From Eledone cirrhosa (lineage: Eukaryota): a stretch of DNA of 64,000 nt. Location of the stretch: assembly GCA_964016885.1 (NCBI GenBank), contig CAXHJY010001300.1:32748-96747 (forward strand). Reading direction: 5' to 3'. The notes below the pieces were generated by a model. It worked only from the letters and a program-made list of their open reading frames with translations, ran no database searches and had not been told where the DNA came from. A program made the position numbers and the translations under genes. Shown in pieces: positions 13,625-27,525 of this stretch (the first letter of the stretch is position 1; each line of letters opens with the position of its first letter).

Positions 13625-14163
13625 AATTGTTTCTACTTTTGGCACAAGGCCAGCAATTACTCCAGTGCATTACTGGCGCTTTATTTTATCGACCCCGTAA
13701 GGATGGCAGGCAAAGTTAACCTCGGTGGGATTCGAACTTAGAACGTAAAGGGCCATATCTCTATGCTGCAAAGCATGATGTCTGACGCTCTACTATATTG
13801 CCAATACACCCCCTTGGATTGGTTACTTGAACTGAATATAATTGTTTCTACTTTTGGCACAAGGCCAGCAATTACCCAGTACATTACTGGTACTTTATTT
13901 TATTGACCCCGTCAGGATGAAAGGCAAAGTTAACCTCGACGGGATTTGATCTCAGACCATAAAGGGACGTAACTATGCTAGAAAGCATAGCGTCCGACCC
14001 TCTACCGATACTGCCAATCCACCGCCATTACTTGAACTGAATATAATTGTTTCTACTTTTGGCACAAGGCCAGCAATTACCTAGTGTATTACTGGTAATT
14101 TATTTTATCGACCCCGTAAGGATGAAAGGCAAAGTTAACCTCGGCGGGATTTGAACTCAGAAT
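13625..14163 (-). mobile_element. Three head-to-tail family-A SINEs nested in an older SINE
   Basis: Copies at ~13625-13812, 13840-14026 and 14045-14163, each preceded by CTTGAACTGAATAT. Confidence 0.85.
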
Positions 14164-15532
14164 CTGGAGCAAGGCTTCATCTGAATGCAAAGATCCGGAG
14201 CAAATAGTGGAGGATATTTTGTCTGTCACTCAAATGATTCTGTTAATTCACTGTTCTCTTCTTGTAATGATTCATATTTCAATTTCGTTTCAGATATTCG
14301 TATACAGTTCTGTTTTATGGGAAAGACATAACTTATTTAGTTGTTTAGTTTTTTAGTAGATTATCTTTTAATGTATTTAAATAAATGATCAACTACTTAT
14401 AACACAACTTATGACTAAATCTGCCTTGAGTAACTTGAAGCATTTGGACCGAATGAAACTTTTTGTGACTTTTTTGGTATAGCATGTGTAATGCCATGAT
14501 TATATAAAATAATAACTTTTTACTAAAATTGTGTTTTGTAATATTTACATTCGATTCATTCCCTTTTCTCTCTCATTCAATCACGTTCTTTTTTATTATC
14601 TTGGGTCGATATTTTAATGATTTGCTTACTATCATTTTCTGCACTCATATTAAATTCTTCTTCTAGATTTATGATGACTAATATCTCATAAGGTCCGCTG
14701 CTACGAAAAGGAAATTCTTGGCTGAACTGAACCATTCTATATTTGAGAAGATTTAAAAAATAAGATTAAACATTTCTTCTATTCTATCTCACGGAAGGAC
14801 ATTCTGCATTTGAGTTAGCCACTGGTTAACGAGGAGTAAACTTAATCTTTCAAAGCTAAAGTATCTTTCTCAAAAAGAAACTATAAAATGAAAATATTAT
14901 TTGTTCCTGCATCAATTCTTATTTTGTTGAAGAAGGAATTATTAATAGGAATAAGTTACTCCAGTGGTTTCAGTTAAGAATGGTAAGGATATAGAATAAA
15001 GAATTATAGATGGAGAAAGATATTATAAAAGACAAAACCACGCCGCAATACCATAACTATTATAGCAGCTGAATAGATGGATCTTAAATAGTTAGATTTG
15101 CTATCGCGAAAACAAACGCTAGAAAGTAACTTGGAGAATACAGAAATTAGCATAAAGATTAGATGTGATCGGGAGAAAGGATGACTGACAGTTAGACGAC
15201 TTGCGGTAAAATACCCAATAGGAACGGATTATTCAAAGTATTAACTGTTAAAGAAATGCCCCAGCAATCTTATATAAAACACTGTAAATAAATAAGTCAA
15301 GTTAATGTAGATAACAAAATACAAGAAGCACTTCCTCTGGTCATCTTAACAAAAGAGCATTCTTTTAAACAAAATAGTTAATTGAAAATAATAATTAGTC
15401 ATACCTGTAAAATATTTTCGTTGCTTTAATATATTCAACATTTTACTTCATATTTATAGAGTTAGTGATATTTTCAAATATTAGAAGGGTGGGTAGCTCC
15501 GATAATATATCGCCAAATTTGCTGGGTTCGAG

Positions 15533-15745
15533 GGTGGTGGATTGGCAGTATCGGTAGAGCGTCAGACAATATGCTTTGCGGAATAGAGTTACGGCCCTTT
15601 ACGTTCTGAGTTCAAATCCCGCCGTGGTTAACTTTGCCTTTCATCCTTACGTGGTCAATAAAATAAAGCACAGGTCATGCACTGGGGTCGATTTAATCGA
15701 CTTTCCCTTCCCCAAAATTGCTGGCCTTGTATATAAGAAACCATA
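15533..15745 (+). mobile_element. tRNA-derived SINE (family A, longer subfamily)
   Basis: Same head and body as other copies, with an extra internal segment. Confidence 0.82.
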
Positions 15746-18247
15746 TTATGTGGATTCAAATCTTACGTTTTATTTCCCCAGAAGCGATAAAATTAGTACC
15801 AGCAACATAACGGGGTGAAATGAATCTCTTGTGTTTGCTGTTCTAGAAATCTGGTCCATTGGCTACTAAAATGAAGTTCAATGCTAAAATTTACTTTGAT
15901 TTATTTTGAGGACATGGTCTAGTTGCAACTGATTGTTATGAATGTTGTGTTGAAAATGTTCCATACAAGTCTTTTTTTGGTCAAATGTATTATAATTGTC
16001 TACACTATAAATACATGAATCGAAAAAATCCGTTGTCTAATCGGCTTCTACTATTGTAATTCAACATGATGCTTCCTGCTTTCGGTAGTAATCGTAAAAA
16101 TAAAACAACAGAAAGTTTGTATTCTATGTTTTGGCAAATGGGTGGCGAGGAAGACTTATTTGTGGAATCTGAAGGTTGGGTAATATATTCGTCTTTCAAG
16201 TATTGTTTGGGAGCATGTCAAAGGATGAAGATGCACGCTTCTTTGTTTACACTAGATGGACAACTTTGACATATAGAAGTCAACAAAAACAAACGAGATA
16301 GTAATAAGCATTTCTCGCCTTCTTTTATTTGAAAAAGGAGAAGAAAAAAGGGCCCTATAAACTTCTATAGTCCCTGGTCAGAAGATATAGATAACAGTTT
16401 AATGCAATATCCTACTTCTAATATTTTTTATCAAGACATTTATCTCTGAATATTAGTTTTAATTAAAATCTCTTTCTATACATTAATGAATGCATACATA
16501 TCCGACTGATGAAGAAATATATTAAATTCATATGAGGATTATAGAAACAATTAATTTAGTTCTTAATTTATAGAGTAAAAAAAACATCTTTTTTTCTTAT
16601 AATTATAGAAAACTATAGCAACTAACTCTTAACAATGACATTCAAATTTCTTTTAAATCACACCCTCCTGTTTTCTAAAATAAATGTAGGACATATTAGA
16701 TAATGTAGTCTTAGATGCAGTGGGTTAGAGATGTGCTGGTCACGATTAGAACGCCTTTGATTGATCATAAATCTGCTCAATCGTTGCGGATTTGTGGCTA
16801 AACAACAACAAAAAGAACAACAACAACAACAACAAACTCTAACTACGATGGGAATCAATATACTCTGATATCTGACCCCTGCTTATTTTCTCTCTTTTAC
16901 TTTCTCACCCTTTTCTTTCTCTCCTTTCTCTTATTTTTGTTCTTTCTTATCTTACTTTTTCCGATTTTTATTTTATTTCACTTTCATTACGAGATCTCAT
17001 AGATGCTTATTGATATGTAAATAGTGTTTTCGTCAACATATACTTTATTACATGTTTCCTTTTATCGATTATTTCATAGGCCCTAAGAAAATGGCATCTT
17101 TAGTTAAGTGAACTGCATTCTACATAAAAGAATATTCTAAGCTAAGTAAATCGTAAGTAGTTCAACAGAGCAAAGAAACACATATCCTCCCAGGTTCCTG
17201 AAAAAAACATCAACTCCAACTCCATATATATACACACACACACATTTATTTAAACTCTTCTCTCTCAGTATATTTTTATATTCTGCGAAAACACCCACAT
17301 ATAAACCACACAGAAACAAATATAACACATTTATCTACAAATATATTTGGGAATATATATTAATACATATGAATATATCACACGCCTATACATATGTATA
17401 CATGTATCAACACAAATACACATGAGTGTTTATCCCTCCTCAAGAAATGTACAACATCCTTTTTAGAACAAATAGTTCATTTAGAATTTTCTGATTTTAA
17501 TGGGCACTCTCATTAGATGCTACAAGTATTGAATATGTGTAATGGTGTATCTCTGCGCCAAAACACACGCTTACATCTATTGTACATACATGTACAAATA
17601 TTTTCAATGCTATTTACATCGATGCAAGTGCTTTCTAAGTGGCAGGCTACCTTAATTAGAAGCAATTGTATGAAGCCACTATACAACATTTTAAAATAAT
17701 TCTAAAACAGATTCTTAGCTAGAGAGAATGATAAATTCTGCAAACAGCAGCAAATTGACTATAATTAAAGGACAAATTAAAAGAAAAATCTCCTGCAAAT
17801 GATACAAGAAAGGAAACTCTCTAAAAAGTTTAAATAGTCAGTTATTTCATTCTGTATGTATAGATTTTTTCAAATTATTTTCTTACTGGACAGCCATGCT
17901 GTATTATCTAAAGGCAGCTGGGAGTTAGTTTATAGCCAATTATTATATATTTATATACCTTATCATTTGAATGTCTTAAAAATACTATTACAGAATATTT
18001 GAGGGAGATTCTGAAGCGGTGTTATCTAATGAAACAGATTTGATTTTGGTAAAATCTAGAGCTGACCCAGAGTTCTCGACAACTGACATCTGTAAAAACC
18101 GTGTGTGATCGTCACATAAGTTTAAAACAAAGAAATTATGTTTGGCTCCTCAATTTAAACAACATATTTTGTAAAAAGTATAAATTGAACCCATTTTCCC
18201 GAGTAAAGTTGTCAGGACAGTGTATTGCGTATGTTTAAAATGATAAT

Positions 18248-18465
18248 GATTCCTACTTTTTAGATACAAGGCAAATAATTTTGGGGGCGGGAAAGTCGAT
18301 TAAATCGGCCTCAGTACTTGACTGGTACTTTATTTTATCGAGCCAAGAAGAACGAAAGGCAAAATTGACCACGATGGAATTTAAACATGGAACGTAAAGG
18401 GCCGGAACTAAATATTGTGAAGCATTTTGTCTGAAGCTCTAATGATTCTGCCAAATCCACCGCCC
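18248..18465 (-). mobile_element. SINE family A, older copy
   Basis: Diverged match to other copies. Confidence 0.75.
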
Positions 18466-18549
18466 TGTATGTTTAAGATAATAACACAGCTAGTGGTAGT
18501 TATTGTTTTTCCAATAGTTGAGAACCATACCTTAGGCAACATGAATTCA

Positions 18550-20880
18550 AATAAACTCCAGCTTTTCTCCCTTGTGCAGAATATCAACTTTTTATTACCA
18601 ACTCTATGTTCCAGCTTTCAACCATGCAGAAACTCACCTGGAAGCCCCCAAGGTCAGCAAATTGGCATCCCTTGGATTATGTTGCTGTCCGTCTCCATGC
18701 TATTCGTATTGTCGTACTTCGTGTACCTGTCAGAAAGCAAGCATCCAAACTTTGTTTTGAAGTAACGTCTCTGAGATCTATCAAAGCCAGGTTTGAATTC
18801 CGGATTAAACTTCAGTCTTCGAATGTAATTCTCATATTCCTTCCTCGGATGGCGATTACAGCCAGGAAGCCGAAACTTGAAACCCTGCAATCCACAGGAA
18901 AGAAGTTCTCGGTATCTCTATAAGAAAGAATCCCGACTAGTTTGATGAATCTATTGTTGAGACACTGGCTCTACTGGAGAGAAGACCATTACTTTTCAAA
19001 GCTCAAGTTATAAACCCATATACTCTCCCAACTAAAAGCCTGCAAAAAGATTCGGAGTGAAAAACAGCGTAGGCTGAGAGAAATCCAAAACTCCTGGTGG
19101 ATTGCAAAATCACGTGGAATTCAGCGCTTTACTGAAATACAACTTACGAGTTAAAAGAACATTTGTTCCCTTACGTACAGCTGACAGAAGTCAACTTTTC
19201 AAGCACAAACACAGATAATAGATCGATGGGCAGGATAGTAGATCAATGTTTTGGAACTTCTGAACCGCATAAATTCAACCGACCCATTGCACTGGATAAA
19301 CTCCTTATCCTTCCTCTGGTGTTAGAATTGAATGAAACCCCATCAGCTTACGAAGTTACTTCGGTGATCAACGCATTAACAAAAAATCCGGGTGAGAATA
19401 CTATTCCTGCCGAGGTTTACATGTATGGTGAAGTTCATCTGAACGAAAAATTGCTCGATTTCTTCTCATTTTGTTTGAAGGTTGGGAAAATACCGACACC
19501 TGGAAACATGCGGCCATCATAACCATTTACACAAAGAAAGATGATCGTTCTGATTTCAACAACAGCTGAGACATATCTCTTTTGGATGTCACAAGGAAAA
19601 ATCCTCGCTCGCATCCTTTTATTATACTTCAAGAGTACTTTCAGTTTCAAACCGGTTTCCGGCCTCAGCGTGGTACAACTGACATGAATTTTGTAGCTTA
19701 ACAGATTCTGCTTTGCCTTGTTTGACTGCGTAAGGCTTTTGATACCGTGAATCATGATCTATTATCGAACGTACTCAGGAAGTTAGGGCACCTATTCCAT
19801 TTTTTTCACATGCTGCGACTTTTTCATGATGGAATTGTGGCTAAGGTTGGTGTAAGTGTTAAACAGGGATGTGTTCTTGCTCCTATTCTTTTCAACATAT
19901 GTTTTGTCCGTGTGATATTACTCTAAAAGTATGATATGATGAATGTGAACGATGGAAACGCGTCAGGTATCACATAGCCGGAAGTCTTTTTTTTTTTATC
20001 TCTAAATTTTCGACCAAAGTCATTTATGAGCTGGAGTATGTAGACGACGCTTCTAGTGTGTTGTTCCATTCAGAGTGTCTACAAACGGCCTATATCAGCG
20101 GATGAGACTCGAGCTGAAAACTCAGAAGACATTTACACAGCAATATTCTTTAAGGAACAATAATAATCCACCCCTTGCTAACATTTCTATAAAAAACCCT
20201 GACTTCGGCCAGACCTCTTCTAGATATCGTGGGAACGTCATCTCTAGAAACGCAACGCCAGCGGGACCGTGCTAGTACCTCAATTCTGTTGTATGGGCGC
20301 GAAGCGTGGACGCTCTACATGAAGCAAATTAGAACACTGGAAATCTTTCATATTCGATGTCTACAGCACATCTTTGGAATTATTTGGAAATTCTCAGGCG
20401 TTCATAATCCATTAGTATTGAAGCAATGATCATAAAGCGCATGCTCCGCTGGACTGGGCACGCAATCTGTATGAATGAGTCCCGACTGCCAAGCATAGTG
20501 TTGTATAGTGAGTTACTCAGGGTTTTCGTCAACGTGGTGGTCTTAAGAAGCGTTGGAAAGATCAACAAATGCTTCCTCATAGCCAGTGCAATTTCTGCTA
20601 GGGATCTTCAATGACTTACTGATAATCAGAAGGTGTGGAGGAGAGTAGATGGTTTTGTTACAGTTCAGAGTTGAACGCACCAAGCAACGTGAAGATCAAA
20701 GGGCAGCCCGGTGCCATTGTCAAATTCAGTCACCCAACAGCAAAAACGTGGTTTTTCATCCCTTTCTGTCTTCCCCTGGATTTGTCTTTCATGTATTGGT
20801 CTTATATCTCATCTGTATTATCATCAGATGATTAATCGAGATATCTGATGGGGAAAAGCAAGGTTAGCATCAAAACGATG
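18550..20880 (+). mobile_element. Highly degraded RTE (BovB-like) LINE
   Basis: TWKPPRSANWHPLDYV, PGENTIPAEVY, VKQGCVLAP, ELEYVDD, LLYGREAW, LRWTGHA...RLPSIVLYSEL. Confidence 0.82.
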
Positions 20881-20889
20881 AACAGCTAG

Positions 20890-21318
20890 CATACATACAT
20901 GATGATGGCTGCCCCCTCGTTATGAGGTATATGACGCATTGAGTTACGGCCGTTGCCATTCTGAGTTCAAATCCCGCCGAGGTTAACTTTGCCTTTCATC
21001 CTTACGGGGTCGATAAAATAAAGTACCAGTAATGTACTGGGTAATTGCTGGCCTTGTGCCAATAGTAGAAACAATTATTAATAATTATCAATTAATGCTA
21101 TCGTACAATGCCTTTGTGTGAAGATTTTTTTAAAGTGAGGAAAGACTGTACACTGAGCCACGAAAAGAAGAAAAGATCAACATCATCGGTAACTACTGAG
21201 TCGCAGCTTTTACGTTGGAGTTATCCCAGTTTCCTGAGTTGCCCTCTCCTAGAAGAATTCCCTGACAAAGACTAGGGGTCCTTCACCCCCAGTGGTTTAA
21301 CCGCGCGATCGGGTATCC
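20890..21318 (-). mobile_element. Short non-autonomous RTE-like bipartite element, interrupted by a SINE (20930-21078, +)
   Basis: 5' motif CTAG...CTAGGAGAGGG and 3' end ggcagccatcatcat(gtat)n, both resembling 21870-22271. Confidence 0.5.
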
Positions 21319-21366
21319 AGCCAAATTATTTCTATATCCCGCGTATATACATACACATGCGTATAT

Positions 21367-21406
<40 letters not shown>

Positions 21407-21419
21407 CCCCCCCCCCCCC

Positions 21420-21452
<33 letters not shown>

Positions 21453-21869
21453 TAAAATAACAGATTAAAGTTATTTTAATAAATATTTGCTCTACGGTTC
21501 TTATATATTTGATATATAAGAAGCTGGGTTTCACAGAAAGAACACGACTAGTTAGGAAATTACATGTACAATCCATTAATGGAACAGTAAAATTAGGTAA
21601 AACATTAAAAAAATTCTGCATGTAATAACTGCATGTACACATATACAGATACAAAGCATATGCACATGCACATATATAACTCAAAACATACACATCCACA
21701 CATACAATAACATCCATACCTGCACACACATGCATGCATGCAGACATGCTGAGATATCTACCTAGTTGATATTGTGTAAATTCCAATGAGAGAGTCTTGT
21801 ATTTATATTAGAAACCGACTCCCTCTCTCTATTTGTAAATATTTGTGAAATTATAAAACCAGAAGAACA

Positions 21870-22271
21870 TACATACAATGGCTGCGTCACAATTTCGAGA
21901 AATGCCACCCCTTGACGTTTTTCTCATACATGGGTGACACGAACACGACCTTTTAGCTCTTCCCGGGACTTAGATTCCTTTCTCTATATGTTGCACCGAA
22001 AGACAAAAAAGAAAGGGCCATGCTCACGCAACACACGTGAAAGTCATTTAGATCAAGTGATGCTTGAAGCATTTTTAAGTGAAGAAAAGCTTTGCATGGG
22101 ATCAATCCTCCTCTGAACAATACGAGCAGGTATTCAAAAAGAACAAGTCAACATCATTGGCTGCCATCGAGTTTCAGGTTTTACATCAATGTTTTCCTTC
22201 TCCTAGAATGATGTTCTAACAATAACTAGGGGTCTGTCACTCCCAGTGGGCTAACTACGTTCTCGGGCACC
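21870..22271 (-). mobile_element. ~400-bp non-autonomous RTE-like element between (CATA)n tracts
   Basis: 5' motif ...CTAGGAGAAGGAAAAC; 3' gcagccattg(tatg)n; no ORF. Confidence 0.5.
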
Positions 22272-24179
22272 AAACATACATACATACACACATACATACA
22301 CACACACATACATGCATTCATACATTCATACATACACCATAAATTTAATAAAATTATATATCACCTTTTTGAATATATTTTATAGACGAAGATAAAGTTA
22401 AATGAATTGAATTTATCTTGTTAGTACATAAAAAGGACACCTTGTTTCAGTTATATTAAATTCGAACCATGTGTTGAGAGTATATTTATCTATTCAAAAT
22501 AAACAGCTTTATCCACACAAATTCGATGATACCAAATACATTTAAGCGCCAAGTCTAAGATGTTTAGTATAAGAAAAACAAAGATGCGCATAACTAATTT
22601 CAAGAACATCAATTTAGTTTTAATATCAACAGTAATACTAAGATTATAGATGTCAAATTATATTAAAATTACAAAATAACAAGAGTTAACATTAAGTCTT
22701 AATAAGTGAAAGTAACATTATAGGAAAAATAAATAAACTTGAATACTTTTTCATCAACTTTAGTGCGATAGTACATGCATTGTACGTGTGCTTCTAAAAA
22801 TTAAACTCACAAGTAAAGTTTTTAAATTTTATGCTATAAATAGACACAATACCTAATAAAACAACAGATTTACTTAATGGATATTTTTACACGACGAAAG
22901 ACTTTAATTTAAAATAAATAGATAATCATTCATATTGTAACTTCGCGGTCTTTTTTTTTAACTCTGTAATAAAATTAAATAGCGAACGTTTACGTAGTTT
23001 AGAATAAAACAATTGTTATTTTGGGAGTAATTGTTTACTTCTGTTTACTGATTTTCATTCTTTACGGAACCTTGTTGATTTTAATACCTCTGCTTATGAA
23101 TATGAATTAAAGTTCAAAGCTGCATTTAAATCAATACAATATCGTTTACACACTAAGATATCAATAGTTGGAGTTTATAAAACAGTAAAATAATAACTAT
23201 TAGAAAAATAATTTGTAATTCTCAACACGCTAGAATGTTAAATGGATCGTGAACGAAATAAAACGGTTATGTGACGAAATCTGGGAAAACAAAACGTAAT
23301 GTTCATTTAATGATCACGCTGCTTTGAAATAGTAAAATGATTTTGTGTGGGAGTTATAGAAATATGATACAGTTAAAACTTTTGTTATTTGTTGGTCTCC
23401 AAAGCAAAGGTTTAATTATCGCTTATGTAGGCAATAGTATGTCGATAGGGTAAAACGAATTTTTGAAATTTGTACGGTTTATGTTAATTTTGATATTATA
23501 ACTCATGGAGTTATGCATACCAGTGTATATTATGGTGATATTAAGGAAAGAGATGCAATTTGGAAAGATGTACATCATCAACAACAACAATTTTGTTTTA
23601 ACTGTGAAAAATTCGTTAATCAATAAAAAAAACAAACCAAAAATACAAAAAAAAAAAGAAAAAAGACCGAATGAAGTTCCAGATTAAGTGGTCAGTGTAC
23701 CATCTTATCTATGAAATAGTATTGCACAGAATTCTGTTAGAATTCCCGATGTAGTTTCCGAAAGAAATCGACGGGTACAATTAATCATAGAAATTCTAAT
23801 AAATCAAAGTCCCAGCTTTAATATAATAAAGATGTTAAAGTAAACTTTACATTTTGCAACTTTTAATCATTATATGATTCCATTTCCATATGAATGACAC
23901 TGGAGGATATTGAGACGCTTGTTATTAGTGTTCTTCATAAAAAAAACAGTTGCCAGTAGAAAGGGTAGGACTCGAGTTTAAAGTTTCCAAGAACATTTTT
24001 AGAGAGAAAGAGAAAGGTGACTTGCAGCTACTTTTTGTAGTTGCTGCTGTCCCTAAGTCTATTTTACCCGATTTTCTAAAGGTATTATTATTTATAGCAA
24101 TGGGCTGTTATTACAGTTATTTTCTGCGTTTGGATTCCCACATTTCAAATTTCAAATGATCAAAGCGCCTCGTAAATCA

Positions 24180-24213
<34 letters not shown>

Positions 24214-24390
24214 ATAGTAATATTATTTATACTTATATATATATACACACTATATATAATTCTAAACAGGAAAGGTCAGTAATTCATTACCATCTTATTA
24301 CCAGTAAGAAAAATAGCTCAATGTAAATACATCAGATGTCTTACAGAGCCGATATATATATATTTATTAAAATAACAGATTAAAGTTAAT

Positions 24391-24566
24391 AATTGTTTCT
24401 ACTTTAGGCACAAGGCCAGCAATTACCCAGTGCATTACTGGTACTTTATTTTATCGACCCCGTAAGGATGAAAGGCAAAGTCAACCTCGGCGGGATTTGA
24501 ACTCAGATCGTAAAGGGACGTAACTATGCTGGAAAGCATGGCGTCCGACTCTCTACCGATACTGCC
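24391..24566 (-). mobile_element. SINE family A inserted into a repeat whose uninterrupted copy is at ~21451-21518
   Basis: Flanks attaaaataacagattaaagtt and atttgctctacggttcttatatatttgatatata are nearly contiguous at 21451. Confidence 0.82.
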
Positions 24567-25292
24567 ATAATACCTTTAGAAAATAAAAATTTGCTCTACG
24601 GTTCTTATATATTTGATATATATTTATCCTTATCGAGCCCTCTTTGGATTTTAGTCTTCAAATTTATTATTATTACTATATATATATCTACTATATAAAT
24701 TGGAAGTGGTCGGACGTTGTATATTTAAGCAAGTAAGTAAGTGTAGTCGGATAAACGTCGAAACGGCTTGGTGGAATGCAGCGAAAATTTACACAGTTAT
24801 GCAGAATGACTCGAGGAGGCGTTGGGTCGACTTTTAGGGTACAAGCTTCATGGTTACGGAGAAAATCGATGAAACAGGAATTTCCCATTCAAATTGAACT
24901 GAGAGTAATCTGTGAACGCAGAAGTAAATATTTCGAGAAACGTTCCAACCGAACGAAAACAGGAAGACGATATTTTAGTTCGTGAAGACGTTCCCTGGCA
25001 ATGAACGGGAAAAAAGCGAGGATAATACGTCGTTATGTAGAGCGTGAAGAACAATTTCATGCAAAGACAAGATCAAGTTTATGGTATAAATGGAGTCATT
25101 AGACTAATATTCTATTTAACATAACAGAATGATTTCCAGCCCCGGAGTTTAAGAATGATGTAAATAAAATTTAAAACGAAAATGACAGAGGTTATTAAAA
25201 TAGTAAAAGTAAATAGTGAAGATTTAGACCAGTACATACGTATGCCCCGACGGACATACACATACATACGCACACACAAATACATACCCCCC

Positions 25293-25860
<568 letters not shown>

Positions 25861-25944
25861 ATATATATATAAGTTTAGTGGTTCACCAGTGGGTAGAATT
25901 GGTCATTCCGCAACTCATCCATCTTTGATGTTGAATCTTGTTGG

Positions 25945-25990
<46 letters not shown>

Positions 25991-26200
25991 CTTCCCCAAC
26001 AACCCCACTTAAGGGTATTTACATTGTACATTTTACCATTCTGCTCTGAGGATACAGTGGTCACAGCATTGGATATTTGAGTTCTGAAAATTCTTGTAAA
26101 TTTGCACATAGCATAACTAGGCTGTAGTACCACCGTGGAAACATTTGTAAGCACACGGAATAAATTACCTTTCTATGATGTCTACCTGTTATTATTCATT

Positions 26201-26261
<61 letters not shown>

Positions 26262-26386
26262 CATATATATATGTGTGTGTGTGGTGTGTGTGGTGTGTGT
26301 ATGCGTGTGTGTGTGTGTTAATAAATACGGAGAGACAGTTCTACATTTCTATACTTCAGTATATTAAATAACGTCCGTTATGCAAT

Positions 26387-26558
26387 CTCGGTAGAGCGCC
26401 GAACAACATGCTTTACAGCATAGAGTTACAGCTCTTTATGTTCTGAGTTCAAATCCCGCCGAGGTTAACTTTGCCTTTCATCCTTACGGGGTCGATAAAA
26501 TAAAGTACCAGTAATGCACTGGGTAATTGCTGGCCTTGTGCCTAAAGTAGAAACAGTT
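26387..26558 (+). mobile_element. SINE family A
   Basis: Near-identical body and tail. Confidence 0.85.
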
Positions 26559-26785
26559 ATATAATAAAGTGAAGTATGGAAATACCAACATAACAATACT
26601 CCGCCGGATACTGGTCTACGTGATACAAGTTCTAACTTAGATGGGTACAACTGACGTGGAGTGTTTAAGATGATTACTTACAAATTCGATGATGGTGGTG
26701 TTAAAATTCAGCACCGACAACCAAGTAACACACATATATATACTAGCTAAATAATTAAAATACACACAGACATGTATATAATGTG

Positions 26786-27525
26786 AAAGGAACGATGAAC
26801 TAGTTTCTAGCTTATTAGCTCTCATCAGCACCGTATACCTTCCTGTCAGTCAATTGAACGTTTGAAAGTATATACTTTCCTTATGCATATTAAAGGCTGA
26901 GCAGACTGATTTGCATATCGAGTGAGTTTGTCGGCCGGGTGTACCGAAAACGATAAATGGAAAAAATGAAATTTAATTTCTCACTCTTAGTACGCTGATA
27001 CTTACATATCAGTATGTATACGTACATACATATATGTATACAGACGTACAGTAGTATGTATATATATAGACAGCTAATAAGCTAGAAACTAGTACATCGT
27101 TCCTTTGTCAGTGTTGAACAAAAAGGCAACGATGGTTGCCGAACACTGTACGGCTAATAATTCGGGCTGTTTGTTTACAAACAAACCGAGCATTATAATA
27201 AATGTTCGGTAAACCCATACGTACATATATATGTGTGCATATATGTATGTATATTCATACTACTGTACGTCTGTATACATATATGTATGTACGTATACAT
27301 ACTGATATGTAAGTATCAGCCGTACTAAGAGTGAGAAATGAAATTTCATTTTTTCCATTTATCGTTTTCGGTACACCCGGCCGACTAACTCACTCGATAT
27401 GCAAATTAGTCTGCTTAGCCGTTAATATGTATAAGGAAAGTATATACTTTCAAACGTTCAATTGACTGACAGGAAGGTATACGGTGGTTGCTGAACACTG
27501 TACGACTAATAATTCGGGCTGTTTG
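26786..27525. mobile_element. Non-coding HHR-bearing element (retrozyme or PLE-pLTR-like): + strand unit 27070-27525 with an upstream inverted partial copy 26786-27058
   Basis: 26829-27058 is the reverse complement of ~27257-27486. A second HHR half lies at 27072-27099. The unit restarts at 27487. Confidence 0.75.
26793..26833 (-). ncRNA. Minimal type-I hammerhead ribozyme (intact core)
   Basis: CGGUG-CUGAUGA-G-AGCU(AAUA)AGCU-A-GAAA-CUAG-UU|CAUCG. Stem I 5 bp, stem II 4 bp, palindromic CUAG loop III, GUU cleavage triplet. Confidence 0.85.

Noticed and set aside
13611-14163. Repeat-spacer appearance resembling a CRISPR array
   Set aside because: Eukaryotic context; the units are SINEs with TSDs; no cas genes.
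15533-15625. tRNA-like A/B boxes
   Set aside because: SINE heads with no complete cloverleaf.
16005-16330. Short ORFs after an acceptor-like pyrimidine tract, faintly resembling a GPCR TM6
   Set aside because: The acceptor lacks AG, stops interrupt the frames, and there is no TM7 motif.
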